NCBI GenBank assembly: GCA_963711725.1
Contig: CAVQFO010000020.1
Span: 32,770 to 96,769, forward strand
DNA length: 64,000 nucleotides
Reading direction: 5' to 3'
From: an uncultured Gammaproteobacteria bacterium
Lineage (GTDB): Bacteria > Pseudomonadota > Gammaproteobacteria > Nitrococcales > Aquisalimonadaceae
Position 1 is the first letter of the stretch; every line of letters starts with the position of its first letter. Positions 60,567-64,000 of the stretch are shown piece after piece. The notes under the pieces are model-generated. The model was not told the origin of the DNA and did no database searches. It saw only the letters and a list, made by a program, of their open reading frames with translations. The position numbers were made by a program, and so were the translations under genes.

Positions 60567-60951
60567 GGCAGATCGGTTTCACTGCGGTGTGGTCCTGTCC
60601 CCGAGGGTGGTCCGGCGCGCGGGATCGAATGCCCGCTCGCCACTGTCGGGATGTGGAAGCTCGGCCCGGAAGTCCGTTCGACTCCCGCGCCGTAACCCGT
60701 GCGTGTCCGTTTCGGTCTCGGCTTGAGCCGAACAGGCCCGCCGCAAAAGGTCCGCAGACGTCTGCCGAATTTCTTCGGACCAGCTCAGATTCCGAGGCCT
60801 GAAGTCCTGTCGGCCGCCCATGTGGCAGGGCGGAAGGTGGACTGTGCAGAAGGGTAACCGGCGCCGGCACGAATCGCCGGGCCAGAGAGCAGCCACGGCT
60901 GCGTATTGTCGGGAATTTCCATCGGGAACGCAAGGTTACCCGTCCGACGGG

Positions 60952-62712
60952 CTATTCCATCAATTCGGCACTCTCGCGGGCGGTGCGCACGATCTCCCGG
61001 GACGTGATTACGCCCACCAGGTCTTCGATATCGCGTGTGCGGCGGTGGCGTGTGACCAGTGCGAACTCCGTATCCTTGGCCTTCATGCCCCGCAGCAACA
61101 CCGCCCAGGGTGTGCTGCTGGTGACCAGGAAGAAGTTCGTGTTGATCAGGGATTCGGGGTTCTCGTCCCGCAGCAGGTATTGAACTTCCTCGCGGGCGAT
61201 GCCGTAGATTTCGCCGTCCTTGGAGAACACGGTGTAGCGCGAACCCTCACCGGGCTGATGGGTGGCCTGCCACTCGTGAATATCCTTGAGGTCCACCACC
61301 TGCAGGTCGTTGCTCATGATCGTGCGGGCGTTGCGCACCGACGAAATAGCCGCCTCAAGTCCTTGGGGGACACCCATGCCCCGCCGCAGGAGCTTCAATG
61401 TGTAGATGCTCTCGGACACCAGCTTGACGCGCAGCACGTAGGCCAGCGACACCGTCAGTATGATCGGCAGGATGGCGGCGTAGTCGCGGGTCTGCTCGAA
61501 GGTCATGGTGATGGCGGTGAGCACCGCCCCTGTGGCGCCGCCGACCATGCCGGCCATGGCGGCCACCGTGAACAAGGTGGGGTCCATGTGGTGACCGGGG
61601 AAAACCACAGCCATCAACTGGCCGAAACTGGCGCCCAGGGTTGCGCCCAGGAACAAGGCCGGCGAGAACACGCCGCCGGATGCGCCTGACCCCAGCGTGA
61701 AGCCCGTCGCCAGCAGTTTGCCGACGAAAAGCAGCAGCAGGAAGCCGGGGTTTGTAAGCGCCTCGCGCAGGATGTCCAGGATGGTGGCGTAGCCCACGCC
61801 GCCCACGTAGTACTCGCCGGTGTAGCGCATGAACAGGTAGAGCATGAGGCCCACCATGAACATGCCGGTGGCGTGGCGCAGGTAGCCGTTCTTGAAATAC
61901 TGGCCAAAACGGTCCTCGAACCAGTAAATGGAGCGGATGAACAAGGTGGAGGCCAAGCCCACCAGTACTCCCAGGGGGATGCAGGCAAGCAGGGCGTAGA
62001 GATCCACGGCGTGGGTGTTGAAAACCGCCAGGCGCGGAACGTCGAACGAGGGGCTCAGTCCGTAGTAGAGGCGGCCGATGTAGCTGGCGGTGACGGTGGA
62101 CACGGCCACCAGGGCCACGGTGCGGGCGCTGATGGAAACCAGCATCAGCTCCATGGCGAAGGCCAGGCCGCCGATGGGGGCATTGAACGTTGCGGCGATG
62201 GCCGCCGCCGCGCCGGCGCCAACCAGAACCACGCGCTGGCGTACGGGCATGCGGATGATCTGGCCCATGGTGGAGCCGAAGGCCGAGCCGATCTGGATGA
62301 TGGGGCCTTCCCGGCCCACGGACCCGCCGGTGCCGATGGATACCGCCGAGGCCAGGGCCTTGGCCGCCACGATAATCGGGCGAATGCGCCCCTGTTTGTA
62401 GTAAATGGCGTTCATCACCTCGGGAACACCGTGACCTCGGGCCTCGGGGGCCAGGGTGTTGGTGATCCAGGTGACCAGCAAGGCGCCTCCCACGGGGACC
62501 AGGATGATGGCCCAGGCCCAGGGCGACGGCAGGATATGGGCGTCCGGGTCGAAGACCAGTGAGAATTCGCCGTAGAAGAAGAGGTTGTGGAAGAAGGCGA
62601 TCATGACTCGGAACAGGATGGAGCCGAAACCGCCGAACACGCCGACGAGCAGCGCCAGACTGAACATCCACGCGGCTGGAAGCGGGCGTTCTTCTTCGTC
62701 GTTGCTCTGCAT
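60952..62712 (-). CDS. ClC-family chloride channel with a C-terminal CBS pair
   Basis: ATG 62712. GHGVPEV, GREGPIIQ, GGLAFAMEL, GGVFSPALF. The C-terminus ..VRNARTIMSNDLQVV...EDLVGVITSREIVR has two CBS motifs. Confidence 0.8.
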   Translation of the reverse strand: MQSNDEEERPLPAAWMFSLALLVGVFGGFGSILFRVMIAFFHNLFFYGEFSLVFDPDAHILPSPWAWAIILVPVGGALLVTWITNTLAPEARGHGVPEVMNAIYYKQGRIRPIIVAAKALASAVSIGTGGSVGREGPIIQIGSAFGSTMGQIIRMPVRQRVVLVGAGAAAAIAATFNAPIGGLAFAMELMLVSISARTVALVAVSTVTASYIGRLYYGLSPSFDVPRLAVFNTHAVDLYALLACIPLGVLVGLASTLFIRSIYWFEDRFGQYFKNGYLRHATGMFMVGLMLYLFMRYTGEYYVGGVGYATILDILREALTNPGFLLLLFVGKLLATGFTLGSGASGGVFSPALFLGATLGASFGQLMAVVFPGHHMDPTLFTVAAMAGMVGGATGAVLTAITMTFEQTRDYAAILPIILTVSLAYVLRVKLVSESIYTLKLLRRGMGVPQGLEAAISSVRNARTIMSNDLQVVDLKDIHEWQATHQPGEGSRYTVFSKDGEIYGIAREEVQYLLRDENPESLINTNFFLVTSSTPWAVLLRGMKAKDTEFALVTRHRRTRDIEDLVGVITSREIVRTARESAELME

Positions 62713-62896
62713 CGGTGCCCTTATGCCATTGGAGGCCGAGGCGGCGACTGGTTCGGATCCGCTCTGCCCCGTGGCGGATCGCGATCGCCGGGTTGTCCTT
62801 GGCGAATGAGCCGGTCGCGATGCGCGCCTTGCGCTCTCGACCATGACCCATTCCCCATCTTCGGCGATTTTCCGGGGGCGAGCAAGGTGGCTCCGG

Positions 62897-64000
62897 TCAA
62901 TCGCCTCCAGGTTCCAAGGTCATGGATTGCCGGGCGACGTCGGCTCGAGTCAGCAAGCCCCTCACATGGACCTCTCCCGGTTGCTCTTCCTGGATCACGC
63001 ACAGGGCCTCGGCGTCGGAGTCGCGAAACCGGGTGACGGCCTGCCGAAGAGTTTCACGCACGTCGATGGGCTCCGCCTCGATGTGTTTGGCAGGAATGGC
63101 AGCCAGCTCGATCGGGTCTTCCCGGCTTTCCTCCAGATAATGCAGAACGTCAGCGACCGGGAGGGCGAGGGCACGCGAGACCCGCGCATCCGAGGGCAGC
63201 AGTATCCAGCGCGGGTGATCCCGGAGAGCCTGTTCGACACGTGCCCGGGAGGGGCGTTGGGGGAGGACGGCGATTCTGCGCTCCATGATTCGGGCGAGCC
63301 CGAGGCGCCCGAGCGCGCGGCTGACCGGGTTGTTTCTCGGCCGGATTCCGCGGCTGCGCAGCTTCTGAAGGAAATAGGACTCCTTGGAGAACAGAATGCT
63401 GTTGCACAGCGTAGCGCCAGCGATGGCAAGCATGCCGGGAAGTATGATCTGAGGATCCGCGGTCAGCTCCAGCAGGGCAGTCAGGGCGGCCAAGGGAGCG
63501 CGCAGGGCCGCGCTCATCATCGCGCCCATCCCGATCATGGCATAGAAGCCGGGGCTGGCTGTGGTGGGAGGGGTGAGCTGGACCGCAACATGGCCGGCCG
63601 CGGCGCCGGCGGCGGCGCCAATGAAGACGACGGGGCCGATCACGCCGCCCGGCAGGCCGCACCCCAACGCCGCCATGCCGGCCAGAAGCTTTGCAGCGAC
63701 GATGACCAACAGGGCGCCGAAGGCGATCTGCCCCAGCAATACGGCGTTGACCGTGTCGTAGCCGACGCCCAGTGCGTGGGGCACCGCCACGCCGATAAGG
63801 CCGCAGGCCAGGCCGCCAAGGGTGGCTCGGAGGACGATGGGTTGGTTTGCCGTTAGGCCGCTGAATCTCAGTATTGCCCGGTTGAACAGTGCCGCCAGCC
63901 CGCCCATGACCACGCCGGTCACGAACACGCCCGGAAGATCGGGAAGTCCGCCCATGTTCAGAGGGGGAACCGCGAAAGCCGGCGTGTCGCCATAGACCAT
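62897..64000 (-). CDS. ClC-family chloride channel with a CBS pair, C-terminal part (5' end beyond the window)
   Basis: ..GLPGGVIGPVVFIGAA..GFYAMIGMGAMMSAALRAPLAAL..LELT.., then CBS-like ..LARIMERRIAVL...VRGLLTRADV... The M at 64000 is coincidental; TM helices continue to the window edge. Confidence 0.7.
   Translation of the reverse strand: MVYGDTPAFAVPPLNMGGLPDLPGVFVTGVVMGGLAALFNRAILRFSGLTANQPIVLRATLGGLACGLIGVAVPHALGVGYDTVNAVLLGQIAFGALLVIVAAKLLAGMAALGCGLPGGVIGPVVFIGAAAGAAAGHVAVQLTPPTTASPGFYAMIGMGAMMSAALRAPLAALTALLELTADPQIILPGMLAIAGATLCNSILFSKESYFLQKLRSRGIRPRNNPVSRALGRLGLARIMERRIAVLPQRPSRARVEQALRDHPRWILLPSDARVSRALALPVADVLHYLEESREDPIELAAIPAKHIEAEPIDVRETLRQAVTRFRDSDAEALCVIQEEQPGEVHVRGLLTRADVARQSMTLEPGGD

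Noticed and set aside
60655-60690. tRNA-like T-arm (gtccGTTCGActccc)
   Set aside because: The flanking bases cannot form a 5-bp T-stem, and no acceptor or anticodon arms could be drawn. I found no tRNA, rRNA or tmRNA gene anywhere in the window by eye.
60567-60951. Possible fluoride (crcB-motif) riboswitch in the 385-bp spacer upstream of a ClC gene
   Set aside because: Reading the minus strand, I found neither the conserved GAUGG...CUGAUGA-type core nor the pseudoknot arrangement. The ClC proteins also carry chloride-type (GSGIPQ/GREGP) rather than fluoride-clade motifs.

Overview
GC-rich (by eye about two-thirds G+C) proteobacterial chromosome segment. The core gene order (hemW-rdgB-rph / yicC-gmk-rpoZ-spoT, ridA-recG, ubiC-ubiA, bfd-bfr) looks gammaproteobacterial. 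HiPIP, RegB/RegA and SenC hint at a sulfur-oxidising or phototroph-related lineage, but that is inference only. I call about 60 protein genes, one decayed IS481-family element, and no tRNA, rRNA or CRISPR. Most interesting features: (1) A six-gene, translationally coupled hyfB-C-E-F-G-I-like operon at 8.9-16.2 kb. All four NiFe-ligating cysteines of its large subunit are replaced, which fits an uncharacterised Ehr-type (energy-converting hydrogenase-related) complex. (2) A cysteine-free, HHH-containing Irr-type Fur-family regulator, followed by a near-perfect ICE-like palindrome over the promoter of a rubrerythrin / HdrD-like Fe-S protein / DUF3501 operon. This circuit is normally alphaproteobacterial. 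(3) RegB and RegA read as a single ORF, divergent from PCuAC-SenC, with a perfect RegA-type palindrome between them. (4) apt is broken by a roughly 140-nt structured repeat that has a full-length relative at 47.9-48.2 kb. (5) Intergenic regions are packed with several families of nested-palindrome (REP/MITE-like) repeats. Caveat: at least about 12 single-nucleotide frameshifts, mostly at short homopolymers, interrupt otherwise well-conserved genes. This points to indel errors in a long-read assembly rather than true pseudogenes. Most long antisense ORFs in the track are high-GC artefacts. All homology calls come from my own reading of motifs in the translations; no database search was run.
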